This document shows positions 63,896 through 64,000 of a DNA stretch of 64,000 nucleotides, piece after piece. The DNA lies in the IMG/VR virus record IMGVR_UViG_3300046373_000092, positions 18,066 through 82,065 of that record; one strand, written 5' to 3'. The position numbers and the translations under genes were made by a program. The DNA is from a virus. Under the pieces are notes generated by a model. It made no database searches. It was not told the origin of the DNA and saw only the letters and a list, made by a program, of their open reading frames with translations. How positions within the stretch are numbered: the stretch's first letter is position 1; each line of letters opens with the position of its first letter.

Positions 63896-64000
63896 ATGGA
63901 AAACTCAGGAACGATCGGTAACTTCGGAACTTACTCGCTAGTGGTAGCGCCGAACGGTATTGCAACAGCTACTATGAGCGGAAAGTACCCACAAGCCGGA
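63896..64000 (+). CDS. Hypothetical protein, 3'-truncated
   Basis: AGGAG SD and promoter TTGCAA-17-TACTAT (63805-63833). Confidence 0.55.
   Translation, partial: MENSGTIGNFGTYSLVVAPNGIATATMSGKYPQAG

Overview
A 64-kb slice of an AT-rich tailed-phage genome, probably podovirus-like: it has tail tube/nozzle-like genes and large helical ejection proteins but no tape measure. Capsid, portal and terminase are not in the window. 1-22.7 kb (+): tail fibre, accessory virion proteins, tail adaptor/nozzle, ejection proteins (one with a C-terminal Hint domain) and a holin-like gene. 22.7-60 kb (-): replication/recombination and early genes, including family A DNA polymerase, primase-helicase, dNMP kinase, RNase H-like exonuclease, ERF, PD-(D/E)XK nuclease, two HNH nucleases, a MoxR AAA plus vWA/metallopeptidase pair, a signal-peptide ClpP-like protease and lipoproteins. 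60-61.4 kb: non-coding control region with sigma54-type sites. The main finding is a family of about 55 small proteins (mostly 51-77 aa, one 99 aa), many below the ORF-track cutoff and translated here by hand. They share a C-terminal motif (hydrophobic-x-S-x-[IL]-[IFL]-x-E-L) and a few short N-terminal motifs (MAISNK, MKIKxGD, MKR), around an aromatic-rich hypervariable core. They form overlapping chains wedged between core genes. The conserved ends double as the Shine-Dalgarno for the next gene and the stop codon for the previous one. Family assignments come from motif recognition, not database searches.
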